64,000 nucleotides of DNA. Origin: Octopus sinensis (lineage: Eukaryota). The notes beneath the pieces are model-generated. The model was not told the DNA's origin. It worked only from the letters and a program-made list of their open reading frames with translations, and made no database searches. This document shows, one piece after another, positions 56,701-64,000 of this stretch. The DNA lies in NCBI RefSeq assembly GCF_006345805.1, contig NC_042997.1, forward strand, positions 56,420,001 to 56,484,000, given 5' to 3'. Position 1 is the stretch's first letter. Each line of letters starts with the position of its first letter. The translations under genes and the position numbers were made by a program.

Positions 56701-59700
56701 GATGAAATACAGGGCTTAAATAAATAAAGAATTAGGCTGGTGAATCCAAAGATTTATGATAGTGGCATAAAAACAGTATAAGAGAGGAGTTTATATAGTA
56801 GGAATTGTATACAAATGAAATGTTGAGTGAGTAGTTTGTCAAAGAAGTTCAAAATAAGATTCAGAAAATTAAACTAAAGTTATAAAGAAAAAAAATGTTT
56901 GCACCTTCTGCAAAATTAAACGAACAATATGTTCATCTCCATTTCCACAGGCATGCAGTAAGGGTGTATATGCATTATGTTTGAAGTTGACATCAGCACC
57001 AAGGCTTAAAAGGCATTCAGCTTCCTGAAAAAGAGATAATAATATTTATTGAGATTCGGTTCCTATTTCTATTTCATAGAGAGATGCTCATTGGCTTCCA
57101 CTTTTTTTAAATAGTTGTAGTACTTTATATTTATTACTTCATTAAACATTCAAATGATAGGGTAGTCAATTAGTAACTGCCTCATTGACTTATACAGAAT
57201 TATTATCCTAGTGGTTACTGTTATAAGTAACTGCTTCTTTGTGACATTTTTAATGAATAAAGTGATTTATAAATCACTATTTCAAATTCACTTGGTTGCG
57301 GTGATATTAGTTACAAAATAGATAATGATGGTATTGCTGTTGATAAAAGTAATAAGGCTAATGATAGTGACCATACTTACAATGTATCTACCTTCAGCAC
57401 ATGCATACATAAGCATAACAGACTTGTTAATTCCACTACACAGACTTTTTAAACACCTACATGCTGAATCAAATAGTTCTGAAAACAAACAAACAAAAAA
57501 AGAAAGATAATAGTAATTCATTTCAAACATAAGCTAACTTGACAGATATAAAAATTTATTAATTTATTTAATAAAATTTGTGACTGACTAACATAAAATG
57601 AATTAAAGTCAGTGCTATTGTAATTATGGTTTCAAATTTTTTGATGAGATTTTGATGAGGTAACTGCTAATTTTTAGAATGATATTGTAAGGTTGGTGTG
57701 AGATGCTAGATCTGACCAGTATGGACATAAAACAGGTAAAATATTTTGGCTGGATATAGCCAGTTTAAATGCTAAAGGGTTAAGGGAAGGGTAAGTCAGT
57801 TACATTGACCCAAGTGTTCAACTGGGACTTGTTTTATCAATTCCAAAAGGATGAAAGGCAAAGTTGACCTTGGTGGGATTTTGAACCCAAAACTTAAAGT
57901 GCTGAGAGAAATGTCACTAAGTATTTTGTCCAACTCGTTAATCATTTTATCAGCTCTCTACCTTTGTGCTATTGAAATTATAATGTGTACTATATCGCAA
58001 TTGTGGCCTAGTGGTTAGGGGCATTTAGTTCATGATAATGTCATTGGTTCAATTCTTGGACGAGGTAGTATGATGAGTCCTTGAGCCAGGCACTTCATTT
58101 CATGTTATTCCAGTCTACTTTGTTGTGATGAGTATGATCCAGGGTGCTGGTGCAGCCCTCTCACCTTCTAGCTGTCACATCCTGGATATTATGAGCTAAT
58201 GGTGAGGGGACTGAGATGCTGTTAGTGTCTGCTCAAGACTACATAGACATGTAAAACAATTAGTAAAAACATGGTGCATGTAATCATGCCATACATGCTC
58301 ATGAGTGACATTTGGCTATACTTTTTATGATGCAACTGTATCCAGTATGTCTTAGATATTGCTTGTAAACAAGAATTTTGTAGATGAATCTTATTTTCAT
58401 TTCACTTTTTCAGTCTTATTTGTTAATCCTGAGCAGTGTACAAATGCAGAACTAAAAAATATAATGAGCTGAGAGAAATAGCAGCAATGAAGGTAATCAT
58501 AATCAACAGCTTACAATGTATCATGCCCTGAAAGGAAAACTCTTTGTAACTCTCCTTCAATATGTAATAATCTCTGCTAGCTGATCAAACAATCCCAAAT
58601 TTGGCTAAGCTTCCCTGACAAGCTGCAACAAGACTGAAACATGCCAATAACTGTCATCTTATTTGCCAACAAAGATCATATTTCACTTAAGCATGTGAAT
58701 TAAGTTTTGTGAAATAGATTTTTAATTTCTGGGGATTATATCTACTTTCCTTTTAGTTTCATAAAAATTACCACAATTCAAAGTAGGAAACAATTTTCAG
58801 TTAATTGAGAGATTTTGTCTCTGTTACCTCTTCCATTCAGTGCATCACCACTGACTTGACAGTACCAGCTCTATCACCAATACTCCCTAGCTTATTTCTT
58901 TCTCTTTCTTCTTCTCTCTGTCTCTCTATGTATATGTATGTACATATGCATGCATGTATGCATGCATGAAGGAAAACCTAATTGATCGATAAAATTTATT
59001 AACATATCAGCTATACTTTATCCCATGTAAAAAATAGTAACTTTGATAAGATGACAAGTGCTATACAACTCCAGGCTCAAAAGCAGCTTACATTGGTAAG
59101 TATGCAACAAGCAAATATATGAAGGAAAAACATGGAGATGCAGGTAAGAACTACACATGTTCCCAAAGTGGAAAAAATGTGCACCTGAAGAAAAGATGGA
59201 CTACATCATAAATTATTAAATTATTTTAAATTCATGATATGGATTTTTCTACTTTGAACACATGTGTGGTGATTACATCCTCTCCTTCACATGCATGCAT
59301 CCATGCATGCACATGCACACACACACACACACACACACATTAAAACTATGGTGGAATTAAATAAGATGTCTTAAAAGGAAAATGCAATTTCATAACATTT
59401 TTATACCTTCAATAACACAAAATTTGTGAAATACCTCCCCACTCCAACTGGGTGTCAAATGCAGGTTGCAGATGTGGTTCAATCATTAATTAATGTTAAT
59501 ATTAAAAACAGTAAAGAAAATATTAATGATGGTGAAAGTACTACCTGAGTTGGGATTTGAATGGAGAGCATTGGAAAACACAGGAGTTTGACACTTTTGA
59601 TTAATAAATATATGTTTGTCTGGATAAGCTTCTAGATTTTGATGCAGTAGAATTAAAATACAACACTGAAAAAAATAAAAATAAAAAATGGTTAAAAGAT

Positions 59701-62700
59701 AAAATTGTATTTTTAAAGAAAATATCTGAAAAGTGGATTATAAAGATATCAAAGACTATTCTTAATCTGAAGGGTCCTTTCAATATTGGGGATAATATAA
59801 TGAAGAAAGACATGTTATATTTATAATAATTGTTTCTATTTTAGACACAAAACCATCAATTTTGAAAGGAACAGCTTAGTTAATACCATCAACTCATTAC
59901 TTGACTGGGACTTTATCTCTTTGACCTCAGAGGGATGAAAGGCAAAGATGACCTTAGTAGAATTTGAACTCAAAACATAAAGAGCTAGAAGAAATGCTGC
60001 CAGGCATTTTGCCTGATGTATTAATGATTCTAGCAGCTCACAGCCCCTTGTTATATTGATAATAAAAATTAAGAGTATAAGAGATAGTCCTATATAGATA
60101 ACTTAAGTAGTATGAATTAACATAAAATGAAATACACTGACAACAAAGATTCAAAGATATTACAAAGGATAAGATTTTTAATGTTGCATCAAATTTGCAT
60201 TTTTTTTTTTGTATAATGATGATAGAATTAATGACTACAAATCTGGTAATCAGTACTACATTCATTAGTCTGAATGATTGTATTATGATAAGCCTATAAG
60301 ACTATGTGAACTCAATACAAAATGATAAAATACAAGTCAATATTACAATGCTCTAAGGTGGTGAACTGACAGAATTGTTAGCATGCTGGGCAAAATGCTG
60401 AGTGGCATTTCAGCCATCTTTATGTTCTAGGTTCAAATTCCACCAAGGTCCACTTTGCCTTTCATCCTTCTAGGGTTGATAAAATAAGGACCAGTTAATC
60501 AGTAGGGTCAATTAACTGGTCCTTATTTTATTGACTTCCCCATCCCCTGAACTTATTGGCCTTGTGCTAAAATTTGAAACCAATATTACAGTGCTCTAAG
60601 GGTAGCAAACTGGTAGAATTGTCACTGCATTGGACAAAATGTTTAGCCACATTTCTTTGGGCTCTTTACTTTCTGAGTTTAAAACATTGCCAAGATTGAG
60701 TTAGCCTTTCATACTTTTGGGGCCAATAAAATAAGTACCAGTTGAGTACTAAGGTTGATATAATTTACTTCCTCCACCCTTCAAAATTGCTGGCCTTGTG
60801 CCAAAATTAGAAAGAATATTACAGTGCTCTCAGGGAGCAGATTAGTAGACAAAATACCATATAGTAAGTCTTTTTTTTGTTTTGATTTCAGATCCTACCA
60901 AGGTCAATTTTGCCTTAACTTTCCAAATTTGATATAATCAACAAAATTTTCTTCCAAAATGTGCCTACGTAAAAAGAACAACAATAGTGCACTCATTGTC
61001 TACAAGAGTGGTTCTCAACCATTTTTTACCTGTGGACCCCTTTGATTCCAATTTTACTCAATGGACCTTCACAGCCATTTGATGTTTTAAAATCCTATTA
61101 TACTTTTATAATTAAATATTATTAGGAATTGTATTTAAAAAATTGTTAAAATGTTATGCATTTTGGAAGTACAACCAATTTATTGTATATAATTTTTAAC
61201 AAAATTTTATATAGACTCCTCAACCCCAGAGCCATATGGACCCACCAAGGGCCATATGGACTCCCAAGGGCCATATGGACCTCGGCTGAGAACCATTGGT
61301 CAACAGCAATGATCAGTATTACTTGAACTTTTATGACCAAAGATATTTATCATTGGTTACTCATTGATATTTTCCCAGAAATCTGTACCTGTTCCTGATA
61401 GCTTTGTAAGCTGATGTATTGTAAAATGAAGTTTGGGGATTAAAATAGTATTGCCACATGTTATTTATTTACAATTAGGTAGAAAGAACTATTGAGTGAT
61501 AAGTATCTTTGTTATAGACAATCACAGTTCCAGTATCAGGATGTGAATCACAGACTCCTCAGACCATAGGTCAGCACCCTACCAACTACTATTAACCAAC
61601 AGTATGAAAACTTAATCTGAGATATCTTGGTAAAATTACCTCTATTTGGATACTGGATACCAATGGATAAGTATACATGAGATTAATGACGATTTTTGCC
61701 ATTTTCACATAAAGTTGTGAACTTAGGTCTTTCGACAAAACCATCTGCAGAAGATAGAGAGCTTTCCGTTGAATACCTGAAAAATTTTATAAGGTAAAAT
61801 GTAATTACAATTTCAAAATGCATGTACGCAAAGACATAAATACATATTTATTCACAGACATATACGAACAAAAATTCCAAGATAATTTAGAGTTTCAAAA
61901 ATACATTAAATGTAAGAGAAACTGAAACAGTAACACATGAAACCAAATACATCCCAACGTGTTTTGAATCTGAAATTTATTGGAATTCACTTTATACTTT
62001 ATTCTTAGGGTTGATAAAATAAATATCAATACCTGTAATATATGAAGGTTGAGTCAAATCAGAAGAAATCAATATTACAAAAAAAGTTCAGTTCTTAATG
62101 TTATATTGATCTTGGAAATGCATGGATTATCTTTGTAACAATTGTATTCCATAAAATTTAACCAAATGTTGATATGATAAAATGGATAAAGTGTTCATAC
62201 AGTTGTGTGTTAAGGAGCTCACTTTACAACCACAGTCTCATTGCACAGCACCTTGGACAAGTGTCTTCTACTATAGCCCTGAGCTGACCAATGCTTCGTG
62301 GGTGAATTTGGTAAATGGAAACTCTGTGGAAGCTATCACATGTGTGTGTGTGTGGGTGTCTTTATGTTTGTACTTGTCACCGCCATACTACTGCTTGACA
62401 ACCAGTATTGATTTGATTTTGATTATGTCCCCCATAATTTAGTAGTTTGGCAAAAGAAGCACTTTTTCAGCAGAAACAAAGAACTTGATGAGGATTGTAC
62501 TGCTATCTTATGAAAGATTCTTGTACTACTTTTCAACAATATTGGTATTAATTAAGGCAGCAGGCTGGCGGAAACATTAGAATTTCAGGCAAAATCCTTA
62601 GTGGCATTTTGTCTGTTCTTACGCTCTGAGTTCAAGTGCCACTGGGGTCCACTTTGCCTTTCATCCTTTCAGGGTCGGTAAAATAAATACCAGTTGAGCA

Positions 62701-63809
62701 TTGGGGTCGATGTAATTGACTTATCCCCTCCTCTGAAATTGCTGGCCTTTGAAACTAAAATTGGTATTAAGTTGATACAAAAGATATTCAAGCATGCAGA
62801 AAGGTTTCTGTATTTTCCACATTTTCAATAAAATTTCCTCTTGTTAGAAATCTCTAGCGTGTTTAATAAATATTTTGGTCAGGAATGAATGCTTTTGTTA
62901 ATTGTTGAGTTAATCAGAATGATGTTGAGTTAGAGGTCAACCACCATAAAAATTCAAGTAGTAGCTATTACTTATTAAGAATTAATTTTGAAATTGTGTA
63001 GGAACTAATAAATGTGACCACATAATATCACTGAAAAACATATTGTAATATAAATACTTACACAGATTCTCAGTAAACCTTGCCATAATATCAATAAATA
63101 ATTTCACAATCTCTTCTTGTTGCAATTGTGAACGGCCCCAATCTAAAGAAAATATAAATAAAAAGTAAAATTTGTGCTGTGAACTTAATTGCACTTTACT
63201 GAATAAGTCCACTATTAATAAGTTGTTCAATTAATCTGTTGGTTATTTTACATCATACAGTTATTGTTGTATACTTCTTGCGTTCTAATATAATTTTATA
63301 ATATAATTTTGCTAATTGCTTTATCTTATCTAGCTATATCTTATCTAGCTACAGCTATTTTCTGAAAGTGAAACTGATAAAAACATTTTTTACGTAATCT
63401 TTAAATACATGTATAGCAATCCTCTGAGAAAAAATAGGAACATAAACTAATTTTTCATGTGTATGTTTACAATTAGCTATTGTATAAACATATACAGTGT
63501 GTGCACAGACACACTCCCATATGCAATAAACACTTCTGGACAACATTGATAATAATTAAGAAGCAGCCAAGTTTACCTAATAGACTACCTTTAATTCATG
63601 CTGAAAGAACAATTGCTGTTTCACTCAACTGTCAAACAATACAGACCAGACCTAAGAAAAATACAACAAAAATTGCTTACCAGACTTAGAGGCTACAATC
63701 AAAACCTCCAGTGCTGATTCTTGGATTAAAACATAGTCAGAAAACTGTTTCATTGCACTTATGATATTGTAAAAACTATGGTGAATTACTATGGACAGAA
63801 CTTTGGTAT
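55..63809 (-). CDS. LRRK2: LRRK2-like ROCO kinase (ARM-ANK-LRR-ROC-COR-kinase), 44 exons in window, incomplete at both ends
   Basis: Hand-assembled GT-AG exons with matching phases give about 1636 aa without stops. Motifs: P-loop [95 protein letters not shown] and IIYRDLKP resemble human LRRK2 more than LRRK1. Confidence 0.9.
1237..1362 (-). CDS. LRRK2: exon 43, kinase DYG motif and activation loop
   Basis: [42 protein letters not shown]; phase 0/0. Confidence 0.95.
1620..2720 (+). mobile_element. degenerate non-LTR retrotransposon 3' part with restriction-like endonuclease (R4/Dong-like)
   Basis: ORF 2049-2369 [38 protein letters not shown], followed by [10 protein letters not shown] and EK..EYK.L; stops and frameshifts. 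Confidence 0.7.
3372..3470 (-). CDS. LRRK2: exon 42, kinase catalytic loop
   Basis: [33 protein letters not shown]; phase 0/0. Confidence 0.95.
3934..4101 (-). CDS. LRRK2: exon 41, kinase hinge
   Basis: [56 protein letters not shown]; phase 0/0. Confidence 0.95.
5290..5910. mobile_element. old MITE-like DNA element, same family as the host element at 25010-26250
   Basis: Shares attattgacatgaaattcatttttg..ataaatcaat and the end tgagattcagca..aaattacatcaatacaccaaat with 25010-26250. Confidence 0.55.
6587..6681. repeat. (TA)n(TG)n microsatellite
   Basis: Directly visible. Confidence 0.95.
7845..8050. mobile_element. repeat fragment with internal inversion; second copy at 44312-44520
   Basis: ttctgttgtgtctggggagagtcattttctttttgtgcc occurs with its reverse complement in both copies. 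Confidence 0.65.
11800..11865 (-). CDS. LRRK2: exon 40, kinase VAVK lysine and alphaC Glu
   Basis: [22 protein letters not shown]; phase 0/0. Confidence 0.9.
12302..12365 (-). CDS. LRRK2: exon 39, kinase Gly-rich loop
   Basis: [21 protein letters not shown]; phase 2/0. Confidence 0.9.
12910..13125 (-). mobile_element. tRNA-derived SINE, family with gtcgactttgcctttcatcc..aagtaccag domain; at least 12 copies in the window
   Basis: Same consensus at about 13590, 23400, 23880, 28250, 30345, 35110, 50220, 57790, 59840, 60355 and 62560. Confidence 0.8.
13196..13269 (-). CDS. LRRK2: exon 38, COR-kinase junction
   Basis: [24 protein letters not shown]; phase 0/2; AAG acceptor preceded by a (TTA)n tract. 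Confidence 0.88.
13276..13338. repeat. (AAT)n microsatellite abutting the exon 38 acceptor
   Basis: Directly visible. Confidence 0.95.
13935..14283 (+). mobile_element. CR1/L2-like LINE 3' end with (TTA)n tail
   Basis: Encodes [17 protein letters not shown], a CR1-type ORF2 C-terminus, then 3'UTR and tail. Confidence 0.7.
15228..15334 (-). CDS. LRRK2: exon 37, COR-B
   Basis: [35 protein letters not shown]; phase 1/0. Confidence 0.88.
15574..15698 (-). CDS. LRRK2: exon 36, COR-B
   Basis: [41 protein letters not shown]; phase 2/1. Confidence 0.93.
15948..16167. mobile_element. mariner-type MITE
   Basis: Imperfect TIRs gaaggggtgctgaaaagttcctg / caggaagttttcaagtaccccctcg. Confidence 0.6.
17220..17299 (-). 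CDS. LRRK2: exon 35, COR-B
   Basis: [26 protein letters not shown]; phase 0/2. Confidence 0.85.
18566..18637 (-). CDS. LRRK2: exon 34, COR-B
   Basis: [24 protein letters not shown] (cf. human YWRQGIYLNWS); phase 0/0. Confidence 0.87.
20366..20909 (+). mobile_element. internally deleted mariner element; related fragment at about 54200-54610
   Basis: TA-flanked TIRs tacaaggtctgat / atcagactttgta; encodes [20 protein letters not shown] (mariner transposase C-terminus). Confidence 0.75.
21280..21374 (-). CDS. LRRK2: exon 33, COR-B (Y1699 region)
   Basis: [31 protein letters not shown]; phase 1/0. Confidence 0.9.
22686..22774 (-). CDS. LRRK2: exon 32, COR
   Basis: [29 protein letters not shown]; phase 2/1. 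Confidence 0.9.
22887..22993. repeat. compound (AAT)n(AGA)n(ACA)n microsatellite
   Basis: Directly visible. Confidence 0.95.
24142..24254 (-). CDS. LRRK2: exon 31, COR-A
   Basis: [38 protein letters not shown]; phase 0/2. Confidence 0.9.
24545..24834 (-). mobile_element. tRNA-headed SINE with Penelope-like 3' module
   Basis: Minus strand has A box (ggcatagtggttaag) and B box (gtttgattcc), then a ctgatga..cagcc hammerhead-like motif; short inverted duplication at the head. Confidence 0.65.
25080..25442 (+). mobile_element. non-autonomous Helitron
   Basis: 5' TC, 3' CTAG, between host A and T with no TSD; subterminal GC-rich hairpin cctgagcaacgccggg; removing it restores the host MITE sequence seen at 5370-5410. 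Confidence 0.8.
25542..26432. repeat. 258-bp inverted repeat (25542-25799 / 26175-26432)
   Basis: Arms are reverse complements by eye; ORFs 25667(+) and 26307(-) begin with an identical 44-aa peptide. Confidence 0.93.
26455..26613 (-). CDS. LRRK2: exon 30, COR-A
   Basis: [53 protein letters not shown]; phase 0/0. Confidence 0.93.
26692..27120 (+). mobile_element. probable non-autonomous Helitron
   Basis: a|TCTATATATATAAA...CTCTAG|t boundaries; internal 14-bp hairpin ctagcactatgacc/ggtcatagtgctag. Confidence 0.6.
27803..27931 (-). CDS. LRRK2: exon 29, COR-A
   Basis: [43 protein letters not shown]; phase 0/0. Confidence 0.88.
29369..29423 (-). CDS. LRRK2: exon 28, ROC-COR junction
   Basis: [18 protein letters not shown]; phase 2/0. 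Confidence 0.88.
29800..30250 (-). mobile_element. old pogo-like transposase remnant
   Basis: [19 protein letters not shown] parallels the N-terminus of the 50810-51367 ORF. Confidence 0.55.
30344..30578 (+). mobile_element. young full-length tRNA-derived SINE
   Basis: CpG-rich, B box gagttcaaattcc; near-identical inverted copy at 35110-35347 flanked by ataataatctatttct direct repeats. Confidence 0.85.
31745..31841 (-). CDS. LRRK2: exon 27, ROC C-terminal part
   Basis: [31 protein letters not shown]; phase 1/2. Confidence 0.87.
32432..32488 (-). CDS. LRRK2: exon 26, ROC
   Basis: [19 protein letters not shown]; phase 1/1. Confidence 0.8.
32657..32780 (-). CDS. LRRK2: exon 25, ROC G4 (N1437/R1441 region)
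   Basis: [41 protein letters not shown]; phase 0/1. Confidence 0.94.
33506..33626 (-). CDS. LRRK2: exon 24, ROC G3/switch II
   Basis: [40 protein letters not shown]; phase 2/0. Confidence 0.95.
33943..34190 (-). mobile_element. short insertion with 48-bp internal inverted repeat and tatttcagaaa flanking direct repeats
   Basis: IR 33944-33991 / 34028-34075; direct repeats at 33932-33942 and 34191-34201. Confidence 0.7.
34760..34899 (-). CDS. LRRK2: exon 23, ROC P-loop and switch I
   Basis: [46 protein letters not shown]; phase 0/2. Confidence 0.95.
35927..36330 (+). mobile_element. tRNA-derived CORE-like SINE with internal TA/TG microsatellite; partial copies at about 10310, 11200, 15765, 27600, 46290, 50685, 62190
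   Basis: A/B boxes, then caccttaggcaagtgtcttctactatagcc resembling the CORE domain. Confidence 0.8.
36366..36757 (-). mobile_element. full-length tRNA-derived SINE with 13-bp TSD
   Basis: TSD aaaatactcaaat at 36353-36365 and 36758-36770; A box tggcccagtggttagg; (CCAT)n tail. Confidence 0.88.
36814..36909 (-). CDS. LRRK2: exon 22, LRR-ROC hinge
   Basis: [32 protein letters not shown]; phase 0/0. Confidence 0.9.
38173..38283 (-). CDS. LRRK2: exon 21, last LRR (S1292 region)
   Basis: [37 protein letters not shown]; phase 0/0. Confidence 0.93.
39401..39475 (-). CDS. LRRK2: exon 20, LRR
   Basis: [25 protein letters not shown]; phase 0/0. Confidence 0.9.
39831..40058. mobile_element. piggyBac-type MITE
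   Basis: TTAA|CCCTTT ... AAAGGG|TTAA ends. Confidence 0.7.
41215..41326 (-). CDS. LRRK2: exon 19, LRR
   Basis: [37 protein letters not shown]; phase 2/0. Confidence 0.9.
43130..43875 (+). mobile_element. degenerate RTE LINE 3' fragment
   Basis: Same family as 48600-49570 ([18 protein letters not shown], gtggtgaagcatgatcttc). Confidence 0.7.
44552..44675 (-). CDS. LRRK2: exon 18, LRR
   Basis: [40 protein letters not shown]; phase 1/2. Confidence 0.9.
45065..45850 (+). mobile_element. Penelope-like element remnant with about 85-bp inversion and hammerhead-like motifs
   Basis: IR about 45069-45156 / 45345-45431; CTGAAGA (45571) and CTGAGGA (45802) cores. Confidence 0.55.
45566..45657 (+). 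ncRNA. degenerate type I minimal hammerhead ribozyme
   Basis: Stem I tatct/agatg, core CTGAAGA, stem II gcagaagcgttgtc/gacaacacttctgt, GTAA in place of GAAA, stem III ac/gt, cleavage triplet GTA. Confidence 0.6.
46555..46706 (-). CDS. LRRK2: exon 17, LRR
   Basis: [50 protein letters not shown]; phase 2/1. Confidence 0.92.
48048..48193 (-). CDS. LRRK2: exon 16, LRR
   Basis: [48 protein letters not shown]; phase 0/2. Confidence 0.9.
48343..48453 (-). CDS. LRRK2: exon 15, LRR
   Basis: [37 protein letters not shown]; phase 0/0. Confidence 0.92.
48461..48621. repeat. poly(A) plus (AAT/GAT)n and (ATC)n tract between the RTE tail and the exon 15 acceptor
   Basis: Directly visible. Confidence 0.95.
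48605..49570 (-). mobile_element. RTE-clade LINE, 5'-truncated, with tandem-repeat 3'UTR and (GAT)n tail; tail-only relatives at about 33280, 38745, 40620, 42375, 47420
   Basis: ORF 49318-49551 [29 protein letters not shown] is a typical RTE C-terminus. Confidence 0.88.
49796..50022 (-). CDS. LRRK2: exon 14, start of LRR domain
   Basis: [15 protein letters not shown]...[13 protein letters not shown]...[20 protein letters not shown]; phase 1/0. Confidence 0.9.
50826..51617 (-). mobile_element. pogo/Tigger-superfamily transposon, 5' half (Brinker-like HTH, CENP-B HTH, first DDE Asp)
   Basis: ORF 50810-51367 [50 protein letters not shown]; TA-flanked end ctgtaaattccgggctata. Confidence 0.88.
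51839..51962 (-). CDS. LRRK2: exon 13, ANK-LRR linker
   Basis: [41 protein letters not shown]; phase 0/1; supported by splice signals and phase only. Confidence 0.72.
52258..52367 (-). CDS. LRRK2: exon 12, ANK-LRR linker
   Basis: [36 protein letters not shown]; phase 1/0. Confidence 0.75.
53816..53971 (-). CDS. LRRK2: exon 11, ANK-LRR linker
   Basis: [51 protein letters not shown]; phase 1/1. Confidence 0.78.
54662..54784 (-). CDS. LRRK2: exon 10, Ser-rich linker
   Basis: [40 protein letters not shown]; phase 1/1; strong tttcag/gtaagt sites. Confidence 0.75.
55714..55800 (-). CDS. LRRK2: exon 9
   Basis: [28 protein letters not shown]; phase 1/1. Confidence 0.68.
56022..56123 (-). CDS. LRRK2: exon 8, end of ANK region
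   Basis: [33 protein letters not shown] (cf. human GGFCIGKVEPSWLGPLF); phase 1/1. Confidence 0.85.
56369..56468 (-). CDS. LRRK2: exon 7, ankyrin repeat
   Basis: [33 protein letters not shown]; phase 0/1. Confidence 0.9.
56905..57024 (-). CDS. LRRK2: exon 6, ankyrin repeat
   Basis: [40 protein letters not shown] (cf. human ECLLLLGADAN); phase 0/0. Confidence 0.92.
57381..57478 (-). CDS. LRRK2: exon 5, ARM-ANK junction
   Basis: [32 protein letters not shown]; phase 1/0. Confidence 0.85.
59545..59665 (-). CDS. LRRK2: exon 4, ARM-like
   Basis: [40 protein letters not shown]; phase 0/1. Confidence 0.78.
60355..60830 (+). mobile_element. two head-to-tail SINE copies, plus a degenerate third to about 60990
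   Basis: Units separated by aatattaca(a/g)tgctct at 60339, 60582 and 60815. Confidence 0.8.
61006..61298. mobile_element. hAT (Charlie-like) MITE
   Basis: TIR-like ends agtggttctcaacc / ggctgagaaccattg; internal gccatatggac x3. Confidence 0.6.
61640..61776 (-). CDS. LRRK2: exon 3, ARM-like
   Basis: [45 protein letters not shown]; phase 1/0. Confidence 0.83.
63062..63142 (-). CDS. LRRK2: exon 2, ARM-like
   Basis: [26 protein letters not shown]; phase 1/1. Confidence 0.83.
63681..63809 (-). CDS. LRRK2: exon 1 of window, ARM-like
   Basis: [42 protein letters not shown]; phase 1/1. Confidence 0.83.
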
Positions 63810-64000
63810 CTGGAAAATAAAAATCAAGAGAAACTTAACAGTATGTTCAAATGTACAAAACTGTACAGATTAAAATTACAATAAATAAAAGTCAAAAGTA
63901 AATCTCAAAAAGATGTCATAACAGTTACCAACAACATTATACTCACCACTGCATTTATTATTAACACGCCTGTCTTATTTTGTATGCATATTTTTACACA

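Noticed and set aside
63947-64000. Possible further exon with a strong gtgagt donor (open frame CVKICIQNKTGVLIINAV)
   Set aside because: The open frame ends in phase 0 but the next exon needs phase 1, and the phase-1 frame has a TAA. It could be a 23-nt microexon or a sequence error; unresolved at the window edge.

Overview
AT-rich, microsatellite- and SINE-dense eukaryotic genomic DNA. The repeat families look cephalopod/octopus-like (inference from recalled repeat motifs, not a search). The whole window lies inside one large minus-strand gene. I could chain 44 GT-AG exons (63809 down to 55; 4910 nt, about 1636 codons) with consistent splice phases and no stops. They encode ARM-end, ANK, Ser-rich linker, LRR, ROC GTPase, COR and kinase (DYG) domains of an LRRK2-type ROCO kinase. 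The N-terminus and the kinase C-terminus/WD40 lie outside the window. Introns carry tRNA-derived SINEs, RTE/CR1/R4-like LINE fragments, pogo and mariner remnants, MITEs, two small Helitrons and Penelope-like fragments with degenerate hammerhead motifs. Most notable: (1) the protein naturally differs from human LRRK2 at several regulatory or Parkinson-linked positions (T1343->G, R1398->Q, R1441->Q, Y1699->L, F1700->A, S1292->D), and both Gln codons are CAA, one A-to-I edit from Arg; (2) an apparently perfect 258-bp intronic inverted duplication ends 22 nt from a COR exon; (3) hammerhead-ribozyme relics. I found no clearly new multi-gene system. Human residue numbers come from my recall of the human sequence aligned by eye.
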